64,000 nucleotides of DNA from Desulfonatronovibrionaceae bacterium (lineage in GTDB: Bacteria; Desulfobacterota; Desulfovibrionia; Desulfovibrionales; Desulfonatronovibrionaceae): assembly GCA_046539845.1 (NCBI GenBank), contig JBKHGE010000001.1, forward strand, positions 124,001-188,000, read 5' to 3'. This document shows positions 12,724-25,801 of the stretch, piece by piece (the stretch's first letter is position 1; every line of letters begins with the position of its first letter). The notes under the pieces are model-generated. The model was not told where the DNA came from, ran no database searches, and saw only the letters and a program-made list of their open reading frames with translations. The position numbers and the translations under genes were made by a program.

Positions 12724-14220
12724 TTACCCCCGGCCGTATAAGCCGTTGAGGCGGGCCAGTTGTCTTGAATGGGAGTCTTTCAGCTGGCCGGGTGCCAGGC
12801 GCCAAGTCCAGTTCTTTTTACTCCCTGCCGGGTTGTTCATCCGGGCCCGCCAGCCGAGTCCCAGCACATCCTGAACCGGTATAACCGCTGTCGCAGCCAC
12901 TGAAGAAAGGGCGCATTTTAGCATTCGGCCGGCCACATCCCACCTGGTGACCCGTTTCCCGGTATATTCACGCAGCAGCCTTATCTGCCGGGCATCAGCC
13001 TCTTGCGTAAACCAGCCGTGCAGGGTGTTGTTGTCGTGGGTCCCGGTATAAACTATCCCGTTTCTGCGGTGATTGTGTGGTATATGCGGGTTTTCGGACA
13101 TATCCCCCCCAAATGCGAACTGCAGAACATGCATTCCGGCCAGGCCAAGCTTTTCCTTGAGTCTGGTTACATCCGGGGTTATCTCCCCGAGATCCTCGGC
13201 TATAAGCTGTTTTTGGCCGCAAGCCCCGATCAATTTGCGCATGAGTTTTTCCCCCGGAGCCGGAACCCATTCCCCGGAGGCGGCAGTGTCGCTTCCAGCC
13301 GGGACCTGCCAGTAGGCGCAAAAACCGCGGAAGTGATCCAGGCGCAGGCAGTCAAAGATCTCCATATTCTTCTCTATCCGCTTCACCCACCAGGCGAAAT
13401 CCTCTTTTTCATGTGCCGGCCACGAATAGACCGGGGTATTCCACAGCTGCCCTGCGGAGCTGAAATAATCCGGCGGGGCCCCGGAAACGAACAAGGGAGT
13501 TCCTTGGCTGTCAAGCCGGAACAATTCCTGTCCGGACCACACATCGCTGCTTTCCAGGCAGGGATAAAACGGGAGATCGCCCATTATCTTTATCCCCAAA
13601 GAGTTTGCATAATCTTTGAGTTCCAGCCACTGGCTCCAGGCTGCAAACTGCAAAATGGTCTGCACGGCTATTTCTTTTTCCAGCTTTTTTTCCCATTTTG
13701 AAATACAGTCTTTGTCCCGGCGAACAAGGCCTTCAGGCCAGTTCCTCCAGGAGATACCCAAACCGAAATAATTTTTAAGGGCCCGGAAAAGACAGAAGTC
13801 GCGAATCCAATTTTGGTTTTTTTCCTGAAACGCGTCCCATTTTTCACCCTTGAGGACATTTTTCCGGTTTTTGTATGCGGTTTCAGCCAAATAATACCTA
13901 AACTCGTCCGAGGCCCGAAAATCTGTTTTCCGGGGATGGAAATCGGCCCGGGCCTCCCGGGAGGTGACCAACCCGGAGTTGATCATCCACTCCGGGCTTA
14001 TGAGCAGGTGGTTGAGGCCGAATACGGATACCGGGCTGTACGGGGAAAAGCCGTATTCCGCGGAGAGGGCATTTATAGGCAAAACCTGCCAGATTTTCTG
14101 TCCGGAATTTTTAAGGAAGTCTGCGAACCGCAACGCCTCAAAACCCATATCCCCGTTTCCGAAACCGGAGGGAAGCGAGGTTATGTGCAGCAAGAGTCCG
14201 CTTTTACGTATTTTGTCCAT
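12724..14220 (-). CDS. malQ: 4-alpha-glucanotransferase (amylomaltase, GH77)
   Basis: SGLLLHITSLPS, GAPPDYFS..GQLW, RLDHFRGF, IAEDLG, YTGTHDNNT. Confidence 0.95.
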   Translation of the reverse strand: MDKIRKSGLLLHITSLPSGFGNGDMGFEALRFADFLKNSGQKIWQVLPINALSAEYGFSPYSPVSVFGLNHLLISPEWMINSGLVTSREARADFHPRKTDFRASDEFRYYLAETAYKNRKNVLKGEKWDAFQEKNQNWIRDFCLFRALKNYFGLGISWRNWPEGLVRRDKDCISKWEKKLEKEIAVQTILQFAAWSQWLELKDYANSLGIKIMGDLPFYPCLESSDVWSGQELFRLDSQGTPLFVSGAPPDYFSSAGQLWNTPVYSWPAHEKEDFAWWVKRIEKNMEIFDCLRLDHFRGFCAYWQVPAGSDTAASGEWVPAPGEKLMRKLIGACGQKQLIAEDLGEITPDVTRLKEKLGLAGMHVLQFAFGGDMSENPHIPHNHRRNGIVYTGTHDNNTLHGWFTQEADARQIRLLREYTGKRVTRWDVAGRMLKCALSSVAATAVIPVQDVLGLGWRARMNNPAGSKKNWTWRLAPGQLKDSHSRQLARLNGLYGRG

Positions 14221-16099
14221 AAGCAGGCCGGAGCATGATCATTCCCAGCGGGGGCAGGGTCAGAGAAAGGATGTTGTCCTCCCCCTGGGACCGGGTCTCA
14301 ATTCCGCCCATATTCCCCTGGTTCGACCCCCCGTAGAGTTGGGAATCGCTATTGATCACCTCTTTCCAGGTTCCTTGCGCCGGGGCGGGTATGCAGTATC
14401 CGAACCTGGGCACCGGGGTGAAGTTGAATGCAGCCACTAGGCAGTCTTTGTTTTGTGAGTAGCGTGAAAAGGCAAGCACCGAGTTGTCCGCATCCTGGCA
14501 GTCAATCCAGGCAAAACCCTGCGGGGAAAAATCCAGTTCGTACAGGCAGGGTTCGTGTACATACAGGCGGTTCAGATCAGCGATCCATCTCTTAAGACCC
14601 CTGTTTTGTTCATTCTGTAACAGATGCCAATCCAGGCTGCGGTCATGGTCCCATTCTCTTTTCTGTCCCAGCTCAGAACCCATAAAAACAAGTTTTTTCC
14701 CGGGATGGGCGAACATGTATCCGAAAAGAAGACGCAGATTGGCGAATTTCTGCCATCTGTCCCCGGGCATTTTCAAAAATAAAGAAGATTTGCCGTGGAC
14801 CACCTCGTCATGGGAAAGGGGTAGGACAAAGTTTTCATTAAAGGCATACCAGATGCTGAAGGTCAGCTGGTTGTGGTGGAATCTACGGTAGACCGGGTCC
14901 TTCTGGAAATAGTCCAGGGTGTCGTTCATCCACCCCATGTTCCATTTGTAACCGAATCCCAGACCGCCGATATATGTCGGTCGGGAAACCATGGGCCAGG
15001 AGGTGGATTCCTCGGCAAAGGTCTGCACCCCGGGAAATTCCTGGTATACGGTTTCGTTGAATTTTTTTAGAAAGGAGATAGCTTCCAGGTTTTCATTGCC
15101 CCCGTACTCGTTGGGCAGCCATTCTCCTTCTTTGCGGGAATAGTTGAGATAGAGCATGGAGGCCACGGCATCCACACGCAGTCCGTCTATATGGTATTTG
15201 TCCAGCCAGAACAGGGCGTTGCTTATTAGAAAGGCCTGGACCTCGTATCGGCCGTAGTTGAAGATATAGCTGTGCCAGTCCGGGTGAAATCCCCGTCTTG
15301 AATCCATGTGCTCAAACAGATGGGTGCCGTCGAAAAGGCCCAGGGAGTGATCGTCCGTGGGAAAGTGCGAGGGGACCCAGTCCAGGATTACTCCAATACC
15401 GTGTTTGTGCAGGCGGTCGATCAGGTGCATGAAATCCTGGGGCAGGCCGTATCTGGAACTGGGAGCGAAATAGGATACGCACTGATATCCCCAGGAACCG
15501 TAAAACGGGTGTTCGCACAAGGGCATGAATTCCACGTGGGTGAATCCGTTTTCTTGCAGATACTTGGGCAGCAACTCGGCCAGCTCCCGGTAGGATAAAA
15601 GCCTTTCGGGATTATCCGGATCCCGCATCCAGGAGCCGAGATGCATTTCATAGATGCTTATCGGTCTGTTCTGGGCGGTTGCTTGGGACCTATTTTCCAT
15701 CCAGGTTTGGTCGGTCCATTTAAAATCCAGGCCCCAGACAATGGAAGCTGTTTTCGGGGGTTCTTCGGTCCGCAGGGCAAAGGGATCGGTTTTTTCCAGC
15801 CTCGCTTCACGGTATCTGGATTTGAGGCTGTATTTATAGCAGGTTCCGGGTTCCACTCCGGGGATAAAGGTCTCCCATATCCCTGATCCGTCACTCCGGG
15901 CGTGCATGGGATTTTGGTCTTTTTTCCAGGAATTGAAGTCCCCGATAACTGATACTTCCAGGGCATTGGGCGCCCAGACCGCGAAATAGGTCCCTCTAAC
16001 CCCGCCTCCGGAATAGGGGTGCGAGCCCAGCTTTTTATGCAGCTGGAAATGTCGTCCCTGTTTAAAAAGGAATATGTCCAGTTCAGCCAGTATGGACAT
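14204..16099 (-). CDS. glgB: 1,4-alpha-glucan branching enzyme (short form)
   Basis: FAVWAPNA, YEMHLGSW, SWGYQ, GLRVDAVASMLY, AEEST, LSHDEVVHGK; overlaps the malQ start by 17 bp. Confidence 0.96.
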   Translation of the reverse strand: MSILAELDIFLFKQGRHFQLHKKLGSHPYSGGGVRGTYFAVWAPNALEVSVIGDFNSWKKDQNPMHARSDGSGIWETFIPGVEPGTCYKYSLKSRYREARLEKTDPFALRTEEPPKTASIVWGLDFKWTDQTWMENRSQATAQNRPISIYEMHLGSWMRDPDNPERLLSYRELAELLPKYLQENGFTHVEFMPLCEHPFYGSWGYQCVSYFAPSSRYGLPQDFMHLIDRLHKHGIGVILDWVPSHFPTDDHSLGLFDGTHLFEHMDSRRGFHPDWHSYIFNYGRYEVQAFLISNALFWLDKYHIDGLRVDAVASMLYLNYSRKEGEWLPNEYGGNENLEAISFLKKFNETVYQEFPGVQTFAEESTSWPMVSRPTYIGGLGFGYKWNMGWMNDTLDYFQKDPVYRRFHHNQLTFSIWYAFNENFVLPLSHDEVVHGKSSLFLKMPGDRWQKFANLRLLFGYMFAHPGKKLVFMGSELGQKREWDHDRSLDWHLLQNEQNRGLKRWIADLNRLYVHEPCLYELDFSPQGFAWIDCQDADNSVLAFSRYSQNKDCLVAAFNFTPVPRFGYCIPAPAQGTWKEVINSDSQLYGGSNQGNMGGIETRSQGEDNILSLTLPPLGMIMLRPAYGQNT

Positions 16100-16192
16100 G
16101 AATAGGCCTGTCCTGTGTTGAGCACATTTTCAGATCATTTTACGCCGAATCGTGCTGTTAAAAGATAAGTACTCCGGGAATATAAAGCCTTT

Positions 16193-17002
16193 TTATTTCC
16201 TACCGGCCAGAGCATACATTTTGCTGCCCAGCCAGTCCAGGACAATAGCCGGGTTGACCTGGAGATCCAGGCAGTAAATGGATTTGTCCACTTCCCTCTG
16301 CGCCTCACGGAGGCGGTTGCAGGATCCGGGCGCCAGTTGAGATTCCTTTCCCTTGCCCGCCTGCAACAATTCTTTTTGCACTCTGGAGATGAGTCGGAAA
16401 GCGGTCTCCCTGGTGACCGAGTTTTTTCTGGAGGTTATGTGCAGCCAGCCGCGGCCTGTGGAGCAAAAAGCCAGAAATTCCCCTTCCAGGGTCTCGTCTG
16501 TGTCCGCGCCTGCTCCTCTGCTTCTGGACAAAGTGAGGATAAAGCTTCGGGATACCAATGTCGGCAGTAGATTTTCCCGCAAAGGCGCCAGCAGGATAAA
16601 TCGGGTCCATACATTCGGCTCTTCCAGGCTTTTCAAGAGCAGATTGGCGCAGGAAAGGTTCAAAAGATGGGCATTGTTAAAGATGACTACCCGGTAGTTG
16701 TAATGGGCGGTTTGAGAGAACCCGGAACGGATTGCGCGCAGTTCATCCACTTTTAGGTTGTCTTCTCCGTTAACCAAAACCAGATCCCGATAGACCCGGT
16801 CTTTTATCTGCAGACAGGCAGGGCAGGCAAAACAGGGAGGACAAGAGCGGCAATTCAAAGCCATGGCCCAGTATTCAGCCATGGCCAGGCGATCCCGGCC
16901 GGATCCACCCTCCAGAAGTAGGGCCAGGGGCGGATCAGTCGCCAGTCTGTCCAGGAAGGATTTTACTCTGTGTTGCTGGTCAGTTGCAGTGCAAGTGCCC
17001 AT
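16193..17002 (-). CDS. holB: DNA polymerase III delta-prime-like clamp-loader subunit
   Basis: Zn motif C..C..PC..C..C, ANLLLKSLEEP, LLPTLVSR. Confidence 0.8.
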   Translation of the reverse strand: MGTCTATDQQHRVKSFLDRLATDPPLALLLEGGSGRDRLAMAEYWAMALNCRSCPPCFACPACLQIKDRVYRDLVLVNGEDNLKVDELRAIRSGFSQTAHYNYRVVIFNNAHLLNLSCANLLLKSLEEPNVWTRFILLAPLRENLLPTLVSRSFILTLSRSRGAGADTDETLEGEFLAFCSTGRGWLHITSRKNSVTRETAFRLISRVQKELLQAGKGKESQLAPGSCNRLREAQREVDKSIYCLDLQVNPAIVLDWLGSKMYALAGRK

Positions 17003-17003
17003 C

Positions 17004-18293
17004 TTATGAATGTACGGAGCGGATGATGGTCTGATCCCGTTTAGGCCCGACGGATATAATCTCCGCGGGGATTCCCAGGGATTTTTCTATAAATTCGATG
17101 TACGAACGGGCGTTTTCCGGTAGTTCCCCGAAATCGCGGCATCCGCTTATATCCTCCTCCCATCCGGGCAGTTGTGTGTATACGGGACTGACCTTTTCCA
17201 GTCCGTTTTCCTCCTGGGGCGGGTAGTCTATTTTTTCCCCTTTGTACTTGTATGCGGTGCAGACCTTGATAATCTTCAGTCCCCCGAGCACGTCCAGCTT
17301 GGTCAGGGCCAGGCCGGTCGGACCGTTCAGGCGCACTGAATCGCGCAGAATTACCAAGTCCAGCCAGCCGCATCTGCGCTCCCGGCCGGTGGTGGCCCCG
17401 AATTCTGCCCCTTTTTCCTGCATATGTCTGCCGGCGGCATTCGAGAGTTCCGTGGCCATGGGGCCGCTTCCCACCCGGGTGGTATAGGCCTTGACCACGC
17501 CGATTATAGCCTCCAGGCCCAGAGGGCCGCACCCGGCCCCGGCCGACGCGTTACCGGCCACGGTGTTCGAAGAGGTGACAAAGGGATAGGTGCCGTGGTC
17601 AATATCCAGGTGAGTACCTTGCGCCCCCTCGAATAATACGGGCAGACCCTTTTCCCCGGCACGGCGCACTTCCTCGGACACGTCGCCAAGATATGGAACC
17701 ACCCTCTCCCCGAGCGGCTTAACCCAGGAAAAAAGTTCTTCCGGGTCCAGGGGTTTTGCCCCGTACAGGTGCTTGAAGAGCACATTTTTTTCTTTAATGG
17801 CCTTGGATATCTTGTCTTTTAGCAGAGTTGGATCCACAAGATCCCCGGCCCTTATGCCCACCCGGCAGATCTTGTCTTCATAGCAGGGCCCAATGCCTCG
17901 GCCGGTGGTCCCGATCTTATCCCGGCCGGCCTTGAGGTCCTCCCGGGCGCCGTCCAACAATTTGTGATAGGGCATTATCAGGTGGCATTTCTTGCTCACC
18001 GTCATCCGGTCCGGCGCAATGCCGATCCCGGATTCCGAGAGCTGGTCTATTTCCTGACAAAATACTTCCGGGTCCAGGACCACCCCGTTGCCAATCAAGC
18101 ATTTTTTGTCCTCGTGCAAAACCCCGGATGGAATGAGGTGCAGGATAAAGGTTCGATCCCCGACAACTAGGGTGTGCCCTGCATTGTTCCCCCCCTGAAA
18201 ACGGACTATGAGCTGGGCCTTTTCCGTGAGCAGATCCACGATCTTGCCCTTACCCTCGTCCCCCCATTGGGTCCCTATGACCACTGTATTCAT
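17004..18293 (-). CDS. purA: Adenylosuccinate synthetase
   Basis: [50 protein letters not shown]. Confidence 0.98.
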   Translation of the reverse strand: MNTVVIGTQWGDEGKGKIVDLLTEKAQLIVRFQGGNNAGHTLVVGDRTFILHLIPSGVLHEDKKCLIGNGVVLDPEVFCQEIDQLSESGIGIAPDRMTVSKKCHLIMPYHKLLDGAREDLKAGRDKIGTTGRGIGPCYEDKICRVGIRAGDLVDPTLLKDKISKAIKEKNVLFKHLYGAKPLDPEELFSWVKPLGERVVPYLGDVSEEVRRAGEKGLPVLFEGAQGTHLDIDHGTYPFVTSSNTVAGNASAGAGCGPLGLEAIIGVVKAYTTRVGSGPMATELSNAAGRHMQEKGAEFGATTGRERRCGWLDLVILRDSVRLNGPTGLALTKLDVLGGLKIIKVCTAYKYKGEKIDYPPQEENGLEKVSPVYTQLPGWEEDISGCRDFGELPENARSYIEFIEKSLGIPAEIISVGPKRDQTIIRSVHS

Positions 18294-18464
18294 TAATTTT
18301 CCTCCGTAATTGGCATATAATTATTGCGCACAAGGCCAGATTTGCGTACCTAACCGGTCCGCACAAGTCAAACACCGCGGGTGTTTGAAACCTGTTTTGT
18401 CAGCTTTGAGCCGGATTTGAGAAATAGACATCTTAACCATTACCCGGTATTGTCTTTAATAGCT

Positions 18465-19925
18465 ATGGAACGGCGAAGCGGGTCTAAATCCTCCCGGCAT
18501 GGGGAGCAGAAAATGGCGCTGCCCGTCGGGGTCAGCCTTTTGTTGCTGCTGGTGGCTTTAATTTTTTTGGTCCGGTGGAGCGCTTACCTCCGCCTGCAAT
18601 ATTGGACAGGCGAGAGGATACGTGTGGTCCATTCCGGATCCCAGCTGGTCAACGCCACCCTTTTCCCCTTCGGTCCGGGTCTGGAAAAGGAGGCGGTGAA
18701 CAAATTTTGTCGGGAAAACGGAATCCGGGCCGAATGGATTCGCGTTTCCAGCCGGGAAAGGGCCTTGGAAATGCTCAAACAAGACCGGGCGGACCTTGTG
18801 GTGGGATTCCATTGTGCCGGATTAGACAGTGAGCTGTCTTTTGCCCGTAAGGGGCGGACATATTTACACAGCGATCTGCTGGTCGCCCACAACAGATACC
18901 GTTACCCGTATAATTCGGATCGGGACTTTTGCCGGGCCAGGCTCCTTTATCTGGACCGGGGCTTCTGGAGAACGGAGGTGGCCAGGATCCAAAAAGGATT
19001 GGACTGCCGGATAAAATCCGCCGGCCCGGTCCGGGATAATTTGGCCCTGTTTTCAGATCTGGATCGAAACAAGGCCCGTTTCGCACTCACAGACAGACTG
19101 AGCCTCAATATCTGGCACCCTTTTTTCACCTCCGTGCGCAAATCCCGTACCCTGGACAAGGAAGTCGGATACGCCTGGATATGGGGACGCAGGTACACGG
19201 AACTGGACCAAAAGCTGCAGAAATTCTCCGGGAGCTATTTTGGCTCCTTGGAATTCAAGAGAAGCAAGGCAAAATATCTGGGTTTTTTGCCGGATAAATT
19301 GGACCACTACCAGATAAATCATTTCCTGGGCACATTGAAAAATCGGGTTTCCGGGTATAAACAGGAAATCCTTGAGGCTGCGCAGCAAAACAATATGGAC
19401 CCCCTGTTTTTCATGGCCCTTATTTACCAGGAGTCTCATTTCGATCCCGTAGCCAGGAGCCGCACTGGAGTGCGCGGGCTTTTGCAGATAAGTCGGAACA
19501 CGGCCCAGGAACTGGGGGTCAACCGTCTCGATCCCCGGGAGAGTATCGTCGGGGGGGGCAGATACATGCGCTATCTTTGGGAACAGGTGGGAAAAAGAGG
19601 GGTCACCGGCTGGGACAGATGGTTTATGAGTCTGGCCGCGTATAATCAGGGCATGAGCCATCTATGGGACGCCATGCAGCTCGCCCGGGAAATGGGCCGG
19701 GACCATTTGTCCTGGCACGGGGTCAAGGATGTCTATCCCCTTTTGAGCTACAAGAAATACTACCAAAGGGTCCCTAACGGATATTGCCGGGGATACGAGG
19801 CAGTGGATTATGTCCAGAGCATCAGGTTTTACTACTTTATCCTCCGGGGGCTAGTCCTTCTTGAGCGACCTGAAATCCAGGACTTTGCCCGCTCTGCCGG
19901 AGATGCTTCCGGAGTTTGGCCCTGA
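18465..19925 (+). CDS. mltF: MltF-like membrane-bound lytic transglycosylase (PBP-like domain + SLT domain)
   Basis: N-terminal TM helix; ALIYQESHF, GVRGLLQI, AAYNQG, GYCRGYEAVDYV. Start is ATG 18465 or 18513 (GGGGAG RBS precedes the latter). Confidence 0.8.
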   Translation: MERRSGSKSSRHGEQKMALPVGVSLLLLLVALIFLVRWSAYLRLQYWTGERIRVVHSGSQLVNATLFPFGPGLEKEAVNKFCRENGIRAEWIRVSSRERALEMLKQDRADLVVGFHCAGLDSELSFARKGRTYLHSDLLVAHNRYRYPYNSDRDFCRARLLYLDRGFWRTEVARIQKGLDCRIKSAGPVRDNLALFSDLDRNKARFALTDRLSLNIWHPFFTSVRKSRTLDKEVGYAWIWGRRYTELDQKLQKFSGSYFGSLEFKRSKAKYLGFLPDKLDHYQINHFLGTLKNRVSGYKQEILEAAQQNNMDPLFFMALIYQESHFDPVARSRTGVRGLLQISRNTAQELGVNRLDPRESIVGGGRYMRYLWEQVGKRGVTGWDRWFMSLAAYNQGMSHLWDAMQLAREMGRDHLSWHGVKDVYPLLSYKKYYQRVPNGYCRGYEAVDYVQSIRFYYFILRGLVLLERPEIQDFARSAGDASGVWP

Positions 19926-20183
19926 TTTTTCCTCCTCGCTTTTTTCTTCGTGGTCCAGGGGCTGCTGCGGAGGGCTGCTATCCGTAGCAGCCCAATGGTG
20001 ATTAAATAGCTGGTTTTTCCAGCGCACCGCTTGAATCATGGACAGAATAAGGGTGTCCTCCTCCCAGGCCTGGCTGGGAGAAAATTCCTTGACTCGCTGA
20101 TAATATTTTTCCCTGAAAGACATGAGGGATGCTTCATCCAGGCTGTTCAGGGTTTCGGCCAGTTTTCTGAGTACCTTGTCCAT
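19851..20183 (-). CDS. Hypothetical protein (110 aa)
   Basis: GGAGG RBS before ATG 20183 (MDKVLRKLAETLNSLDEASL); protein-like composition; overlaps the mltF 3' end. Confidence 0.7.
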   Translation of the reverse strand: MDKVLRKLAETLNSLDEASLMSFREKYYQRVKEFSPSQAWEEDTLILSMIQAVRWKNQLFNHHWAATDSSPPQQPLDHEEKSEEEKSGPNSGSISGRAGKVLDFRSLKKD

Positions 20184-20375
20184 ATATTTTTTCCTCCGGA
20201 TGGCGGGCAAGAGGCGGATTTGCCCCCGCTAACGCCCTGTGCTAGGTGGAGTTCCAGCGGTTTTGGCCCCAGGATGCGCGGGCACAGTCCTTTGTCAAGA
20301 AACCTGTTTGTCAGCCGCTTTTTCTTTTGTAAACAAGATGTACGGAGATATGCGTCAACAAGCAAGGAGTAGTCA

Positions 20376-21653
20376 ATGGGTCAGGATATAAAAAATATGT
20401 ACAAAACCATCCAAAAAGACCCCTTTCCGGAGTCGATGTCTCTTTGGCTGGGAGATCAAAAGCTCGTCTTCCGCAAGAGGACCTGGACTGTCCAGGGGGA
20501 GGAAAAGGGTTTGCGCTACGGGGAGAACCCGGATCAGCCTGCCGCGCTTTATGAGCCGGCCGAAGGAAGAGCAGAGGTCGGAGGTATTGTCTTTCAAGGG
20601 TCCGGTCTGGAACTGGTCAGCGCGATGCAAGAAGAGCACATGATCCAGGCCGGCAAACACCCGGGGAAGATAAACCTGACCGATGTGGACAACGGGATCA
20701 ATATCCTGCAATACCTGCACGCCAAGCCGGCCGCGATTATTCTGAAGCACAACAATCCTTGCGGCGCGGCTTGGTCCGGAGAGGGAATAGCAACAGCCCT
20801 GAAAAATGCATATTTCGCGGACAGAATCGCCGCCTTCGGCGGGGCCCTGGTGGTCAACCGGCCGCTTGACCTGCAGTGTGCCGAGTTCTTGCAGGAATTT
20901 TACCTGGAGGTGGTGGCCGCCCCGGACTTTGAACCCGGAGTAATCGATCTACTGGGTAAAAAGAAGAATCTGCGGATAATCAAGCTTCCCGGTCTGGCCC
21001 GGCTCTCCGAGCTTACATCCAGGCCGTTTCTGGATCTGAAGTCCTTGAATGACGGAGGGCTGATTGTCCAGTTCTCCTACAAAAACCGCATCCAGGAGGA
21101 AAAGGATTTCCTCCCGGCCCGGGCGGAAAAAAACGGCAACAGTATAACCGCACGCTTCCCGGACAAACGCGAGCTTGAGGACCTTTTGTTCGCCTGGGCC
21201 GTGGAAGCGGGGGTCACTTCCAATTCAGTCCTTTTCGCCAGAGACGGTAAAACCGTGTCCATAGGCACCGGAGAGCAGGACCGGGTGGGATGCGTGCAGC
21301 TGGCTGTGAGCAAGGCGTACACAAAATACGCGGACGGCCTTGCATTTGAGCGCCTGGGAATGTCCCTTTATCAGCTGCAGGAAAAGGCCCGCACAGAGTC
21401 CGGTGCAGCCGAAAAGCTGCAAGAGATCCTGGACAGGACCGGCCAGATGAAGGCCGGGATCCCGGGATCGGTTATGGTCTCGGACGGCTTTTTCCCTTTC
21501 CGGGACGGAGTGGACATTGCCCTGCGCGAAAGGGTCACTGCTATTGCCCATCCGGGGGGGTCGATTCGGGACTTTGAGGTCATTCAAGCGGTAAACGAGT
21601 CCGAACCCCAGGCGGCCATGGTCTTTACCGGCCAGCGTTCCTTTAAGCACTAA
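20376..21653 (+). CDS. purH: PurH-like protein consisting of the AICAR transformylase domain only
   Basis: [55 protein letters not shown]; no N-terminal IMP-cyclohydrolase domain visible. Confidence 0.8.
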   Translation: MGQDIKNMYKTIQKDPFPESMSLWLGDQKLVFRKRTWTVQGEEKGLRYGENPDQPAALYEPAEGRAEVGGIVFQGSGLELVSAMQEEHMIQAGKHPGKINLTDVDNGINILQYLHAKPAAIILKHNNPCGAAWSGEGIATALKNAYFADRIAAFGGALVVNRPLDLQCAEFLQEFYLEVVAAPDFEPGVIDLLGKKKNLRIIKLPGLARLSELTSRPFLDLKSLNDGGLIVQFSYKNRIQEEKDFLPARAEKNGNSITARFPDKRELEDLLFAWAVEAGVTSNSVLFARDGKTVSIGTGEQDRVGCVQLAVSKAYTKYADGLAFERLGMSLYQLQEKARTESGAAEKLQEILDRTGQMKAGIPGSVMVSDGFFPFRDGVDIALRERVTAIAHPGGSIRDFEVIQAVNESEPQAAMVFTGQRSFKH

Positions 21654-21663
21654 GGCGGCCCTA

Positions 21664-23672
21664 TTGTCCAGCATCATTGAAGGCCTGTCTGCAGGCTGCA
21701 TTGTTGAATATCTGCATAACAACCAGCCGGTGATCGCTTGGCTCACCGAGATCCAGAACCAGAAGGCAAGGCTTTTGAACGTGAATAAACGGGAGGTCAA
21801 GCTACCCATAGCCCGTATTCTGCCCTGGAGCGGTCCGGTGTATCCCGCTTCCAGCTCAAGGGAAACGGTATTGTCCGCCCTGGCTGAACACGGCGGCAGG
21901 CGGGAGCAGATTTGTACAGACCTGGATATTATGGAAATCTGGTCTCTGGCCCAGGGGGAGATCGACCGGGCTCCGATTACCTGGTTCGCTGATTTGGTCT
22001 GGGGGGCCTGGGATGAGGACCGGCTGGCCGCCCTGGGCCGGGCCATGCTCCGGGCCAAGACCCACTTCAAGTTCAGCCCCCCGGATTTTGAGATCTTTCC
22101 TGAGGACGTGGTGGAAAAGCGTCTGGAAGAGATGCGCAGAAACGAGGAGAAAAAAAGGCTGGTAACCGAGGGTAACCAATTTTTCCGCGGTCTGTGGTCC
22201 GGGCGGGGCCGGGCAGATGGGCCGGGCGACGAAGAGATAAGCCGCAGGCTTAAAGACATTTTGTTCAGCAAGATTGCCGACCCGGAGGCTGACGAGGATA
22301 TTCCCTGGCAGGAGCTCACTGACGGCCTGCCGCGCGACCCGCATTTGCCGTTTCTCTTGGCCCGGCAATGGGGGATTGTCTCCTGGCACCACAATTTCCA
22401 CCTGGACCAGGCCGGTTATATGTGCGGCAATGAGTGGGCGGAGGAGTTCGCCGGTGAGATCAAGGAGATACTGGCTTCTTTCCCGGGCAAGGCCCTGCAG
22501 GAAGAAAAAACCGGTTTTGTGAGCGTGGATTCCGAGTCCACCGCAGACATTGACGACGCCTTTGCCTTTTTCGCGCAAGAGGACGGATTCCTGCTTTCCC
22601 TGGCATTTGCCTGTCCTCCGTATTCCTGGCCCTTTGGCTCCGGGTTGGATCAGGCGGTTATGAACAGGGCCAGCAGTATTTATCTGCCGGAAGAGACCTG
22701 CCATATGCTCCCGGAAGAACTGACCGCCCTGTTCAGCCTTGAGGCCGGCAGGTCCAGACCCGCCCTTGTCTTTGATTTCCGTTTTTCCCTGGAGGCGGAG
22801 CTCTTGGATGTCCGGGTCTGTTTTTCCTGGGTTAGGGTGGAAAAAAACATCACCTACCGGGCCGCCGAAGAGATGATAGTGGCAGAAGAGGATATGAGGC
22901 GGGCCTATGAGTTGGCCGAAGGTCTGCGCAGCCAGAGAGTGGACAAAGGCGCGGTGGTTATAGATCAGCCCGAACCGGAGACAAAACTCCTTGCAAGTGC
23001 AAACGAAATCGAGGTCCGGCTTTGCCCGACCGATGCATATCCCGGGGCCCAGGTTATGGTTTCCGAGTTCATGATCCTGGCCAATGCGGCCGCCGCCAGC
23101 TGGGCGGCGGAGCGGGATATTCCCCTGCTGTACAGGACTCAGGACATCGCTTTGCCCGAAGGCAGCGCGGGGATATGGACTGATCCCGTGGATGTATTCC
23201 AGCTGGTCAAGTGTATGGGGGCCACGGTTACGGATACCGTGCCCCGCCCGCACCGTGGCCTGGGTCTTTCCGCCTATGCGCCGGTCACTTCTCCTCTGCG
23301 CCGCTACGCGGATCTGATAAACACGGGGCAGATTGATTCCTGGCTCAGGACAGGAAAGCCGCGCTGGACAAAACAAGAGCTAGATAGCAGACTGACTATG
23401 CTCAACTCCAGAATCCAGGCGGTGAGCAAGGTGCAGAAATACCGGCCCAGATACTGGAAACTCCTTTATTTTCAGCAGAACAAGGAGCGCTTTTTCCCTG
23501 CGGTGGTGGTTCATAATTCCGGGAAACTGGTCACTTTGGCCCTGCCCCGGGAAAAGGTACTGGTTCGGGGGCCGGAAAGCCTTTTCGGGGGTAAGGCCAT
23601 GCCTGGACAGCGTTTTGTGGTCCGTTTCGGCAAGGTTGATCCCTTACACAATGAGTTGAAGGTGAGCGAGGC

Positions 23673-23685
<13 letters not shown>
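21664..23685 (+). CDS. RNB-domain exoribonuclease (RNase II/R family)
   Basis: SVDSESTADIDDA, MVSEFMILAN, HRGLGL, TSPLRRYADL; TTG start. Confidence 0.88.
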
Positions 23686-25777
<2,092 letters not shown>

Positions 25778-25801
25778 GACAAACAAAAGGAAATCAAAAT
25801 C

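Noticed and set aside
19551..19558. G8 tract in mltF as a phase-variation site
   Set aside because: Encodes Gly-Gly-Gly in an intact frame; short, with no other support.
20240..20290. AGGTGGAGTTCCAGCGG upstream of the purH-like gene, reminiscent of a ZMP/ZTP riboswitch stem
   Set aside because: The other conserved blocks (GACTGGCG, GGGGAG, CGCCTGGGC) are missing; an Infernal search against the Rfam model would settle it.
21225..23376. Long minus-strand ORFs (389 aa and 506 aa)
   Set aside because: Antisense to the well-supported purH-like and RNase genes; typical GC-rich shadow ORFs.
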